From Camelus dromedarius (Eukaryota): a DNA stretch of 64,000 nucleotides. Position 1 is the first letter of the stretch. Each line of letters opens with the position of its first letter. Positions 51,161-64,000 of this stretch are shown in pieces. The DNA is taken from positions 64,048,001 to 64,112,000 of the forward strand of contig NC_087436.1 in the NCBI RefSeq assembly GCF_036321535.1. The letters are read 5' to 3'. The notes beneath the pieces are model-generated. The model saw only the letters and a program-made list of their open reading frames with translations. It did not search any database and was not told the origin of the DNA. A program made the position numbers and the translations under genes.

Positions 51161-53719
51161 AAAAATAACATGTTTAGGGTTTGTAATCTATCTCCGCTGG
51201 ATGTTTCTTTGGTTATCAGAGGTAGAGTGCTGGTCAGTAAAGAATAGGAGATGGACACTTAGAAATCTGCTGCTGGCTTGGCCACTAACTAGTTTTATGA
51301 CCTTGGACAAGTCACTTTCTTTTTATTCTACTTTTTGGAAAACAGTGGTCTAGAATTGCGGCTGAGAATTTAGCCTTCAGACTTTAACAGAGGTTAGGGG
51401 CAACTTTCTGTACTGTCCCAGACCATACATACTGTCCATACGGTGGGGACAAAGTAATTATTCTTTGCTGTCAGTATTGCCTGCTGTGCCATTTAAACCT
51501 GCATTCTTCTCTCTCTTGTATTATCAGATAACTATCTCCTCCATTACAAGTTTATAGAAGCTTATCGGAGGGTAGGCATCTTGCCCTTATCAACTTTGAC
51601 TGCTGCCTGTCATAGTGCTTTTTTATACCTGACAAAATGCTTTCTTCACTAATAACAAAAAAGTGTTCCTATTGGTAATAACTGAATTTTTCCAAGAGCA
51701 TCTGACCAGCATGGTAACTGAGGGGTATTTGCTTTTAATTTATCATGCCGCACATAACACCAGCTCCTGTTGATAAGGATATACCGTCCTGTCACTGTGT
51801 TGTCAGAAAGGAAGCACTGGGCCCCTGGTTCTTCTCTGTTCTCCAGGCGTCACGCCATGAATGTCCCTCACAATCTATCCCGTCTGCGAAGTTTCTCTCT
51901 CCGTGCTCTTTACAAACCTGAATTAGGTCCCTGTAGAGGAGCGTGCATTCTTTAGTTTACCATAACTCACTTCTTCCCGGTGCTTCAACCCAGCCCACTT
52001 GACTCATTTATGTAGCCTGCCTGGTTCCTGCAGGCCCTTGAGTTGGAACCATGTCTAGACAGATCGGGGTGGGCATTCAGTTACTTACATATCTAAAGTA
52101 AAAGTGATGTCTGTTGGCCTCAGGGGAGCTCCTGTTGGATCTATTTATTCTCTTAAAAATAGAAGTAGAAAACTAAATAAAGATTAAAGAAGTAGACATT
52201 TGTGATGCTACTTTTTTTTTTTTTCTTAAAGCATTAGGTCCGAGACTATACCACAAGCTAAAGGCAGATGTTAGGAAAAAGACAATAAGCAGGCATCAGA
52301 GTTCATGATATGAGAGTCTGGGCCCAAAACAAAAAGATGGGAGTTACTCTGCCAAATGAGGCGTTAGGAACCTGGGGGCAAAGGCTGTTAGACAAAAGAA
52401 GCTGATCATCCTATTCAGCAAACCAATCCATTTCAATAAAAGTCGTGCTGCTGGGCAGAGAGGAATCCATTGTATTATTTTCAGCATCTTCAAAATGTTG
52501 CTGTCCACAACAAAGAGGGCTCCTTCCCCATGTTAACCCTAGAGCTTCCCTGACTAACCCCATCAAAGGCATGTCACCGTAAGTCTGGAAGTTTTTAAGC
52601 CATTTATGGTTTCAATCTGTACAATTTCTTGGGTTCACATTTAATGGTTGCAGTATAGGAAATGTTTCTTTTTATTTGTTATATGTCTACCTCTTTCAAA
52701 GTTAAAAGAGCAGCACTCAGTTCTGCTATATATGGCTTTAGAGAATGTCTATTCTCACTAGTCATGATTTTACAGATTTTAATTGTATTTATTCTTTGTT
52801 TTTGGCTTTCTGGACTATAACGTACTTCATTCTTTAGTGGGGTTTCCACAGGTGTGTTTGAATAATCATTTTGTATTATAGATTTTGGAATTCTTGCTGT
52901 TTGTTTATAATTCCTTTTAGTCAACTTAGTTGGTGATGTGTAACTGAGTTTTGTTTAATGTTTACCTATTTTCCTTATTCAGGACAGTCTTCCCAGTTTT
53001 GCTTTTTTGCAAGCTGGTACATTAGTAAGAAGGAGGCTGAAATTTAGAAAAACTTGCATTTTAATTCTCTTTTTCTAAAAGTTTTAACCATGAAATCTTA
53101 AGCCTGTAACTTAACTTTCTTAAATTATAGTATACTTATTTTTAAAGTAGGAATATTATACATAATAGATACTGTTGTGAGATTGAAATGATTAATGATT
53201 GTGAACAGAAACTGGAAACTCTGAAGTACTAAATAAGTTTAAATTTTTATTTCTTTCTTATTGTAGCTATTAGAAGAGAAATCCCTCAGGTTTTTTTTTT
53301 TATTATTTAAAAAAATAATGTCTGGACATTCAGCAAGTGTTTTTTGTTGGATTCTGGCTCCTTATGGGTGAGGGTTATAATATATACATGATATTTCCTC
53401 AAACTTTACTAGGGCCAGCCACCTGATTTCAGTTTCTGACTTTTCCCAAAGTTGCACATCAATTCTATGGCAAATAAGTCATTTAACTTCTTGAGCCTCA
53501 AGTTCTATATTTTGTGGGTAATAATATAAGCCTGGCTGAGTTATATGGGCTTGAGTTATGCATGTGAATCATAGAATAGCACATGGATTCAAATACTTCA
53601 GTAAGGGGTTAATATTATTTTATCTTGATGAATGTAGGTAACATAAAGTAACTAGCATATGGCATGATCTGGATAGACATGTCGATACTAATTATTTTTC
53701 CCCTTATTAAGTTATGGCA

Positions 53720-53737
53720 TATATATATATATATATA
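53720..53737. repeat. (TA)n microsatellite
   Basis: Read directly from the sequence. Confidence 0.9.
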
Positions 53738-53849
53738 TGTATTTTACTTTAAATGCTATATTTTGGTCAAAGTTTCAGTTACTTACGTAAGTGTCAACAT
53801 CTTGGCATAGAACTTGACTAAAGTCCGGAATCTACAATCACAGGACTAT

Positions 53850-54075
53850 CGTGGAAAGAAAGTTTGACTAGGGAGTCTCAAGATCTTAATTCCAGTCCCA
53901 GAGCCACACTTTACCAGCTGTGTTGTTCAGAACAACTTACTTAACCTTCCTGAAACCCACCACTTATTTATAAAAATAAGGTAATAATGTCTATGCTCTG
54001 TAACACCAGGAAAGACTATTGTGAGGATCAAATAAATGAATACATGTCAAAATGTATCATAAGCTTTACTGCACT
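53850..54075 (+). mobile_element. MIR SINE
   Basis: gtggaaagaaagtttgactagggagtc...accagctgtgt...acttacttaacctt...ttgtgaggatcaaat. Confidence 0.75.
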
Positions 54076-55669
54076 ATAAAAATAAATGAAGCTGTTGTCC
54101 AGATTAGGCGAGGCAACGCAAATACTATGAGGGGACACTTCAGGAGAAGACGGACCCTCAAACCTGGAGAAGAAGGAGTAATGGCCTAATCCTGGGAGGG
54201 AAGCCAGCCAAGAATTTCTACCTGCTGGGTAAATTCTCAATTGTAAGGCTTTGTGACTGAGCAGTCAACAGTTTCCGAGGGGGCTGGTCAGGAAATTAAG
54301 AGAGCAGATTAAAGTAAAATTGGGTAATGTTTCCCCTGGATCTTTAAACTTGAAATTGTTCAACTGAGACAGCTGATCCTTTCATTTTTAAATTTTTTAA
54401 TTTTTTTATTTAACTATTGTAGCTGGGTTTGGCTGCCTGTAGTTATGGCATGAATCATGTTTATATTCTGAAAAGATGGTCTCTTTTATCTGCCCTTTTC
54501 TTGCCCCACAACATGCAGCTAAGATCTAAAAGTATTTTTTCTTCAAGGGAATTTTCTCCTTAGATCAAAACTCTGGCATTTTGAGCAAAGATAATTAATG
54601 AGCTAGTAACACAGTGAATTTTAGCTTTTCTAAGACTATTGAAATATTTCTTATGTTATTTCTAATAGTCTTCTGAATTGAAAATAAAAAATGTGATATC
54701 AAATTGAAAAACCTTAAACATTGCATTGGTATGTCACAGGAAAAAGAAACAGTTTGTTGGGAATAAATGGTTTTGCGTCTATATGTAAGTGGAACAGATA
54801 TGCACATGTACAGTATCAAAGTCTGATTTATACCACAGGTTTAGGTATATTTTGCATACAGACATGCCAACTCTTAGTTCACATTGAACAAAACTCCTTT
54901 AATAATAAAGTCCTTATGTGGCTACAATTTAGTGCCTTAAGTATATTGCTTCTCCATGTCTGTTCGTGATCATAAAAGAGAAATATTTCAGACTCCAGCA
55001 GATTGTGTCTGTCTAGACTGGTTTCAAAAAGATATTGCATTATTTGATAATGGAAATTGTAAGATTTCAGCCTAGAGGCAGCTCCTTTTAAAATATAGAT
55101 CTATTTGGACTGAGCCTTGAAGCCAAAAGGGTGTCACTTCTGAAACTTAGTTTATTGGTACATAACTAAACTGCTGTATCAAAAACTGGGTGTTCATTGA
55201 CATTTCTGAGTGATGTTTTGTTTTGTGTTTATTAGGTGAAAATGTTTGTTTCCCTGAACTAGGTTCATTCATTGTCTTGTATCGGCAGACTGACTGTTTT
55301 CCGTTCATCCGTTCAGAGTACATTTACTGAGCACCTTATATAAATGATATGATAGGAGAGATTGTTGAGACTGTGACCAAGGAAAGTATCTTTAAAGGGA
55401 TGACATTTAAGCTCAGGCCTAAAACGTTAGAGCTCGCCCTGTACCTCTGTAAGGCTGGCTTGGTGATATCTAAGGTCACCTCTGTGATTCTATGTGTACA
55501 TGAGTAATATACTAACCTCCTATGACTGGCTTTACCATTGTTGTTCATGGTTTTATTTTACAGTTTGAGAACTCACTAGATTTCTGCAGCTGCTTTTTAT
55601 TTAACCTACTTTCACATCTATTATTTATTTTATCCCGTCTCCCCCTGCCCCTCGACTTGTCTTTGCTTC

Positions 55670-55880
55670 ATGACAGAAGCACTTGGCTTTAGGAGATTGA
55701 TGTCAAAGGCATTGTTCTTATAATGGTTCTGTTAATAAATGTGTGGTTATGGCCAAGTCACTTAACCTCTTTGGGACAAAGTTTCCTCATCTGGAAAATG
55801 AAGATAATTATGTAACTACTTCAGAGTGCTAGGAGGTTATTAATATTTCAGTATTAAATGTTCATGTGAAAGTCTCTGAG
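55670..55880 (+). mobile_element. MIR SINE
   Basis: ggccaagtcacttaacctctttgggacaaagtttcctcatctggaaaatgaagataat is a well-preserved core. Confidence 0.88.
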
Positions 55881-56359
55881 AAGTATAAAATATGTTGGGA
55901 ATATAATGTGTTCTGGTACCTTCACCTCAGGAGAGGCTAACACTATAAGAAACGATTTAACCCATTTGATTCATTTATCTCTAAAATAAGTACAGAGTAT
56001 TTTTTTTAAGAAAAAAGATACATTTATGGAAGTAAAATATGTTTCTGTATAAAGTCCTGTTTGTTGTCTCTGATATGCCTATATACTATGTTGCCGCTAA
56101 ATATACCATGTCACTTTGGGAGACATTAATAGGGGTTAAAATATTGGATGATGTTAAACTAAAATCCCTTCACCAAAGCACAGCTTTTAATTATCTGAGA
56201 TTATTTTTCCTGAGAAGATTATTTCAGCGTAGATAGCCTTTCTAAATTACAAAGTTGTTATTGTTTAATGATTTAAAAGGTGTTACATACTTTTTAAAAA
56301 GGAAATAGACAATTAACCACAGAAGTCCATGAAAAGATATGTATTTTATTAGCAAGATA

Positions 56360-56740
56360 TCAGAATCAATTTTTATGTCTAACAAAAAAGAGATTAATTA
56401 AATATATTGTGAGAGATTCACTTAGAATGCTTTGCAACAATTCAAACTGTTGATTCAAAATTTATACCTATTGACCTGGAGAATAGCTATGATATTTTAC
56501 TGAATAAGAAAGATGGGTCACATAGTATGACTAAAACATATTGATATATATAATAATACAGAATGTTTTAAAATACTGTATATCAAAATGTTATTTTTAA
56601 TTAAGGCTTCTGGTAATTTCTGCTATTTTTCATTTTAACATATACCTTTATATATATATATATATATAGTATATATATATATATTTGCAAGTTAGCAAAT
56701 ACTACTTTATTATCAGACAAAAGAATAAAGCTATTTTTAG
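56360..56740 (+). mobile_element. Ancient L1ME-like 3' fragment containing (TA)n
   Basis: tattgacctggagaatagctatgatattttactgaa...tatatcaaaatgtta...actttattatcagacaaaagaataaagcta. Confidence 0.6.
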
Positions 56741-57015
56741 TTCTTTTGGAAAAATATGGGATTCTTTGAATTTCCTAAATGGGGATGCTGTTCCAAAGAC
56801 TAGTAAGATATGATATTCAAACCTGATTTTTAGTTATATTTGTTGCTGCAATAACTTTTAAGCTTTTCACATATAAGCTTCTATTTGTTATGAATCTGGC
56901 AATATTTCTCTGACCTAACCTTTTGACATTGGAAGAGTAGTGTCTTTTGCATGAGAAATTGTATCCTAATGAGGAGTAAATATTTTACGAGAACTTACAG
57001 ATTTGGAGGTAGCTC

Positions 57016-57041
57016 TTTTTTTTTTTTTTTTTTTTTTTTTT
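57016..57041. repeat. Poly-T tract (about 26 nt)
   Basis: Read directly from the sequence. Confidence 0.95.
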
Positions 57042-59024
57042 GCAGTGAGGAATTGTTAAGCATTGAGAATACCTATGGGGACTTGATTCTTGGATGAAGC
57101 ATTAAGTTATGGACAGATGTGGAAAAGAAGTCAGGATTTAGACTTCAGAGTCTTCAGGCTGAAACACTCCTTCCCTTTGATTCTTTCGAAATGCCTTAAG
57201 GCCAAGGGTGCAAAGGCAGGAGAGAATAGAGTGAAGTAATTCTGTAGAATTTCATTTTTAGATCTGGCCATGTTGGCTGACCTTGACCCAGCACTGGTTG
57301 TTTGTCTGGCTACAGTCTTCTTGTGCAGCATTCCATTTCTTTTAATTGACAAAACTGTAACATTGATTTGGGAAAAAGCATTTTTAATAGGAGTATTAGA
57401 TTAGGAAAGTAGGTATTTTTCAAGGTTCAGAAAATCTTTTTAGTTTGTTATTGTCAGTATCATCTTTCCAGAGTCACCAGGGTGAATGTGTGTTCCAAAC
57501 TACCCATTTTGTTTCCCTGGGCTGGTAAGGCACTTGACCCTTAGTCTCTAGGTCGTCTAACTCTGGGAACTGCATCTAACCTATTTTTTATTTTACTATC
57601 TAGACTCTAAAATGGGGAGGCACTGCTGCCTTTGCTTGCCTTCCAAATACGGAACATCACAATAGAACAGAATGTAATAAAATTTAAAAAATGATAACTT
57701 CAGTCTCCTCTAAGTGGGATGAAGCTTGGGAATAATTGCATATCTTGAAGTTCGAAGTAGTAGGCAGAGTAGTCTGTAGAGAATGCCATTTATATGTCTT
57801 CATTCTTTTCTCATAGTACTGGATTCTGATAATCAAAATTTTCAGTTAAAGAGGATTAAAAAAAGGTAAATCTCATGATTTTAAAGTGTGTTTAACAGCT
57901 ACTTTCACAAGCTCAAATTCAGGACTGTATAAGGAAGTTTCACATCACATTTAAAAATCCACATTTGGTTACTAAATTGATTGGTAATCACTTTAATACT
58001 CTTTAAGATAATTTTGTGAGTTTTTTTTCTTTCTTTTTTTTTTTTTTTTTTGCACGTGTGGTAGTGTAGCAAGCATAGTGGAAAGTTGGCTGTGGGAGTG
58101 AGGAAGGTAGATTCATAGGGCTTTTAATTTTGTAATACCTTATGAGTTTTTGAGTAACTTTTGAATGATTTGTGGCTTCATTAAAGAGATCCCAACACCT
58201 TTTATGTGTAACATAGCAAATTCTTTTTTAGTTCTTATACTTATACATCTTTGTATCTTATCTGACACTGCCTAGAACTGTTTATTGAGGGTGATCGTTG
58301 GTGATAGATTTAAAATAAATAGCATTGATACAGATAAAATCTGAAATTCCACAGTAATTGAGATTTGATTTTGATCTTTAGACTCACGATTTAAACTTAA
58401 GGAATGGTTGGAATTTGTTGCCTGGAGTGTGACAAACGGTAGTGACTTCATTCACTTACAATTACTTGGCAGATCCAAAGATTTTATTATTCATTGAAAG
58501 ACTGAATGTGAAGGACTTCCTCTTAATATGAAACATGAATTTTCACACTGGAGACTGTTTTATTTAATCATGGTCCAGCTACTTTTCATACTGGAGGTCA
58601 AATCTTTTTTTGTTTGTTTGCTTGTTTATTCATTGTCCAGCTACTTTTTCAAATCTACACCATTCTTCTTTTGTAATATGTTCTTATGCCAAAGACAGTC
58701 ATAGTAGAAGGTTGCGTTTAGCTAAGTAGCCAGTCACACTTTGTTAGGGTCTTCTGTAAGGCCACCAATAATTTTATCACACATTACCTTATACAGTTTG
58801 GAAAAATAAAAGTATTCCTCTCTGTTTCCTTTGTGTTTATGTTTTCTTGCAAGTTAAGTGACAAATGTGTAGCTTGAATGTATAGAAATTGATTAGCCTT
58901 CCTGTTTGTGATTATAGCTCCCTCTGGCTTGATGGCTAAAATTTAGATTCCCCAGAAATTGCCAGTTAAGAATGAAGAGTTTTTCAGGCCTCTCTCTTGA
59001 GTGGTGCTCATGAACAGAACCTTC

Positions 59025-59140
59025 AGTTTCTTCACTTCCAGCTTCTTTCTTTTTTCACCTTTTCTTTTCTTTTACCCTCTCTTGATTTCTCTTTCTTTCT
59101 CTCTTTCTCTCTCTCTCTGTTTTGTTTGTTTGTTTGTTTC
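59025..59140. repeat. CT-rich low-complexity tract followed by (GTTT)n
   Basis: Read directly from the sequence. Confidence 0.85.
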
Positions 59141-59360
59141 TATTTTGCAACAGCTGCTTCAGGTGCTGATTACCTTAGTGAGATTTGCCTTTGTCTGTCC
59201 CTTCAGCTTTGCTGATCACAAATTCTGTGACCTAGGAAATAAGAGACATTGCTCACCCTATTTGCAACTAATGTTCAGAAATGGTGCAGATTCTTTCTTC
59301 ATTTCTCCAGAGTACAATGGAGATCAGAATATACTGGCAAAGTTCAAGGATAACAAAGGA

Positions 59361-59363
<3 letters not shown>

Positions 59364-59402
<39 letters not shown>

Positions 59403-59420
59403 CACACACACACACACACA
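59364..59420. repeat. (CA)~28 microsatellite with one CG interruption
   Basis: Read directly from the sequence. Confidence 0.97.
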
Positions 59421-61745
59421 GTAATTCACAGATATTGTTAAAGAAATCTCAGATCTCAAAGGCTTATCTAGCTCCTTACCTGTTTCCAAAACTCTGGGAT
59501 AGCTTACCCTACCAAGTACAGTACTTCAGGTGCAAACCTCAGTGCCTCTGCCTTCTGGTCTAATCAGAGGGGGCCATGCCCACGTCCTTAGCTCCCCTGA
59601 TGTGGAAATGATTCAGAGTGTGAAGGTCCATACTCCAAAGCATCCTTTTCCATTTAGTCTTACAATTATGTATGTAACCATTCCTGCTGCATCCACAATT
59701 ATAAGATTGTGGTCCTGTTCTCAATGCATAATCAAACCCAGTACATCTTGTCTTGTTTATCCTTGATAACAGAACTTGCCCATTTCAGTGTCTTTCCATG
59801 GCTTGTTAATTGATGTGAAGTGACATTTTAACTGGAGTCTTTACTCCAGATCTCCTGCAAACCACTTAAACAAGCACCAATTTTTAGTCATAGGGCTCTC
59901 TCCAGAAGTAACAAAACACCATAACATTGTAACACATTTACAGAGTATTAACTCATTTAAAAAATGTAACCAACTTCCTTAACCAGAGTCCACTGACTTC
60001 CCTTCTGAAATATCTTCACCAGGTGATTTTACTGTTTTTAGGTTTCCCACAAGAAAGAATTGGCAGTTATTTGCTTTATATTCCCCTAACAGGGCCAGAG
60101 TCTGCACCCATAGGTACAGAAAATTGTATGGCAAATACACGTTAAAGCTCAGCACCTAGTCTTTATCAAGCGTCTCACCGCATTGCTCATAAGCTGCAAA
60201 TGAGTGATGGATCTGGAGATGTATCTTTTCTTTTTCTGAAAGTATGCCGAGTTTTTATTTATTAATCAGTGTTTTTGACTACCAAAAAAATTGGAGGTTT
60301 TTATTTATAAAAATATTTTGCTTTAATTAATATCAAAATTTTAGAAGTCCATAACTAATTGCTCTTAACTGAACTTTGCCTAGCTGCGAAAGTAATTGGA
60401 GGGATATATTCAAAATTTCAGGATTGGGATATTCATTAATCATATTGGGCAATGGAAGAATTCCCCTTGAAAGAATGTGTGCTTTCCTTAAAACACCTAA
60501 ACAAATGGTGAAATTGTACCATATTGTGGTGTGGTGGGAAGTAAAACTGAAAAAGGCATCAGCATATGTGAACAGTTCGTGCTTCGTTTCCTTCCTCCCT
60601 TCTGTCCCTTCCTTCTTTCTCCTTCAAGTTAGCCTTCCTCTTTTAATTCTCTGTATTTTTTGTGTGCATTTTACCAATGGCTTTTTTAATGTTTCTATTA
60701 TTATTTAATGATCTTAATGTTAAAAAATAGGAATTTGTGAGATGGTTAGCTACAGGTAGGTGGGTATGATTTCTAGCAATGAAAGAGAAAGTGCTTAATG
60801 TGTAGAGAAAGAAATATGACCCTGGCTTTATTTAATACAATGCTTTAACCAAGTGGGTACCACACAGAAAAAGACCACGTCTCTAGATGTTAATTACAAC
60901 AGAATAATTTACCACCTGCATTGATTAAATCAACCTTTAAAAATTGAGCTTCTCTTACTAATTAAAAATGCAGAATATTGATCAATATATGGAAGAGCTG
61001 AGCTACATGGTTCTCATCCCTGAGGTAACTGCTGAGTTTCAGGTGAGATATATGTATCACTCACACACACACAGTGAGGGGTAGATGTGTATAAATTCTT
61101 ACAATTTATTTGTCGGTAGCTAGAAATAAGTAATTTTTCTGATGTTAAACTTGACAAAATATATTTTCTAAAATAGAAAGTGTTTATCAGCACTTTTTTT
61201 TCAGTTTTCTTGACTATGCACCTAGGTTGCCCATAAGTCCATTGACTCAATCCTCAGGTATTTAGATTTTCATTGAGCAGCGTTGTCCCACAGTCACATT
61301 TTGCAAAACCAATGTCAGTGTCTTGCCAGGTGCTCTCCTGGGCCATTTGGTAAAGGGGTGGTGAAGCAGGACATTCACTGTTGTAAACAATGGAAAACAT
61401 GTGTTCTCTAACCTCACTTTTAATCTATTCTTGCTTTAGTTAGAGGTTTAAAAGAAGCCAGTTTGGAGCCTGGTGCTATGCTAGAGATTGTTGCGGGTTC
61501 TGTGAAATGCTTTGTCCTTTTGGTGCTCCCCTTACCCTGCAGTGAACTTGAATTCATTAATATTGTACCATTAAGAATGGAGAGCGGGCTGGTCCCTCTT
61601 AGGAGATTAAAACAATCATTTGCTTTGCCTGCCTGACAGCTTTGACTTGGGCTTCTACTTTGCCTTTCCTTTTCCTTTTTCTTCTTTCCTCCAGCTCATG
61701 CATAGGAGAACTACAGAAGGGTGTTTAATTCCCTCAGAATCCTTA

Positions 61746-61766
61746 AAAAAAAAAAAAAAAAAAAAA
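61746..61766. repeat. Poly-A tract
   Basis: Read directly from the sequence. Confidence 0.9.
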
Positions 61767-63516
61767 CAAAATCCTAAATATATTAAAATACTTTGATTTA
61801 TTCTGCAGTAAAATTAATCTCCTTTGTGGTCAACTATTTCACAGCATCTTGGCATGGGGATATATAGTGTGTTTTTAAAAATACAGTTATTTGAAACTTG
61901 ATTTATCTTTTTGGCTCAAATATGTGAACCCATGGAATATTTCACATGGATTGCATTGCCAAATTCATGTCATCCTCGTGAACAAAACAATGAAATTTGT
62001 TTTTTGATTGCAGTATAGAGTCCCTTATTTAGTGCTGCTTACAACAGTTAAGATTTTTCACTTTGTTATGAAAGCCAGCTGGCTTTGGCAATGAAATTTT
62101 TAAAGAATGTTTGATTTTTGACAATCATTTTCTTTTGGAAGTCAAATTGAAAAGTATTTTCTAGAATATTTTAGAGCATTTCAGATGATGACAAAAGTCA
62201 TTAAATGAGAGAAGATAAATTCAGTCTGACACATAAGATGGTATCTGTATAACTAAGGCGATTGATTGAATTACATATTCAACAAATGAATTGGGAAACT
62301 ATGCAAATAGAAAATAAAATACTCAGTGCAACATGAATTTTTCCCTCCTTTGTATGCCCAGATAAACCTTGCGGATGGTTGTAAATTCTTATGTAAATTC
62401 ATCATATTCATTGATTTTTTTTTAAAGTGATATATTCTTTCTAGAAGTCCTAATTTGAATAACAAAAGGGGGAAAAAACCCGCCAAAATTCTATCCACAC
62501 ATACATACACACACTCTCTCTTTTAGGTGTCCAATGTTGGGGATAATATTTCTTTCAAAGTTATAAAATCCGTAATTTTTCTTTTTAAACAGAGGTCACT
62601 AGTTTTATGCACATTTCCTTCTTTTTAAATTTTATCCTCTTATTTTTATTAAACAAGATGTCTATATTCTTTAGTAATCATTAAAGTCAATTTATGAGAA
62701 GATAAACAGGTCCAACTTTACTTTCACTGACTCATGTTTAATGATTGAATATCACCAACAAATATGGGGCTCTTTTTAGTAGAGATTTTCCATATGTAGA
62801 AAAGACCATGTTTTCTGTCTTGAGTAGAAAATACATTTTAATGCACCAAGCACAAAACAGCCCAAGCACAAAATATTTGTGGATCTTGCAGTCATCCTGT
62901 GGAAGTGTAGTGGTATAGAAGTTGCATTTTGATGACCATTTGCCTTCTTGAACATCTTAGGATTTTAGTAATAGACAGCTACTAATGCAGTCATCTGTGC
63001 TATGGCCCTGCACCAAGAGTCTAAATATGTTTGATGATGTTGTTAAGGTGACACATCCTGTTCCAGTATATTGACATTTTCATTTTAATGCATTATACCT
63101 ATCTGGTGAGGATAATTTTAATACTCTCTTGAAACATTAAAAAAATTACCTGGTAAGTAAAAATGTCCACTCTAACGGATTAGAGGCAACTTAACTTACT
63201 GTTTTATTCTGTATTATAGAAAAATGATTATTTGAATAAATATTACTGTTTTGTGTACATTCATTAAACGGCAATAATTCTATAAGCAGCTTTCTGAATG
63301 GTAATCAGAAGCAGAGAAATTTGGTGCCATGCTTGTGTGGCATTTTTTTCAAAGGTGCTCTTTATAGCTCTACCTCTACAGGAGAAATTGATATTATAGG
63401 ATTTGGATTCAGATTTTTGGTAACTTGAGAAAAACCTATCCTTGAGGAATAATACCTATCTTACATAACTTTAGTAAGCTAGAATAAATTGTTTAAATGG
63501 TTAATGGTTGAGATAT

Positions 63517-63635
63517 ATTTTTATTGAAGTGTAGTTGATTTCCAATGTTTCATTTGTACAGCGAATCAGTTTAGTTACACATATGCAATATACTCATATA
63601 TTTCAGATTATTTTCCATTACAGCTCATTACAAGG
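63517..63635 (-). mobile_element. Short L1 3' end fragment
   Basis: ttttattgaagtgtagttgatttccaatg...tttcagattattttccatta is homologous to the copy at 15203-15392. Confidence 0.85.
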
Positions 63636-64000
63636 ACAAATAATTTTTAAAGTTACCCAGCAAACCCCACTTACAAGTCTTTAACTAGAATTAGGGCACA
63701 TAATAATTCCTAGCTGAAGACCGATGTGTAAATAAACATCAGGGTATTCACCACTCATAGCAGGGACTGTGCCAGGTAGAATGTGACTGAGAACAGCTGC
63801 ATGGCCAATGTCTCCCACGATGTTGCTTAGAGTAAGTAAGAGACAGCTTCTTTTGTTTTATGTAGAATCATGGAAGTATGAGACTAATCCCATACTGAAG
63901 ACTTTGTAATGAAACCCACTTTTTCTGCTTTAGTTCTTATGCTTTTTTGATTGCTCTGAATCTTTGGATAGTGTTATTTTAATAAAATATTTAATATAAT

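Noticed and set aside
59001..59489. 146-aa and overlapping ORFs
   Set aside because: Products of CT and CA simple repeats (F/S/L and HT/CV runs).
62180..62232. C/D-box snoRNA (ATGATGA...CTGA)
   Set aside because: Only about 45-50 nt from box to box, with no recognisable rRNA guide.
1..64000. CRISPR array, operon or other prokaryote-style novel system
   Set aside because: The sequence is mammalian repeat-laden non-coding DNA, with no regularly spaced repeat-spacer array and no dense long ORFs.

Overview
AT-rich mammalian non-coding DNA, probably camelid: it has a vic-1-like tRNA-derived SINE and cetartiodactyl-type L1 3' ends, and I saw no Alu, B1, Bov-tA, PRE1 or Can-SINE. I recognise no protein-coding exon, RNA gene or CRISPR array. 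The only ORF-track entries with recognisable homology are decayed L1 ORF2 C-terminal fragments at about 34.7-35.4 kb. The window is a mosaic of old repeats (MIR, L2, L1M, MLT1 LTRs), younger insertions with visible target-site duplications (three L1s, one SINE, an MLT1A LTR), an ERV1-type solo LTR, microsatellites and unique sequence. A CpG-richer left edge and uniform minus-strand orientation of the younger L1s suggest, but do not prove, a long intron of a plus-strand gene. I found no evidence of a novel biological system. The best leads are modest: a Maf/ARE motif cluster, a GC-rich hairpin, two candidate non-coding exons, a nested insertion and a microsatellite that arose inside an L1. Repeat family names come from recalled consensus sequences, and boundaries without TSDs are approximate.
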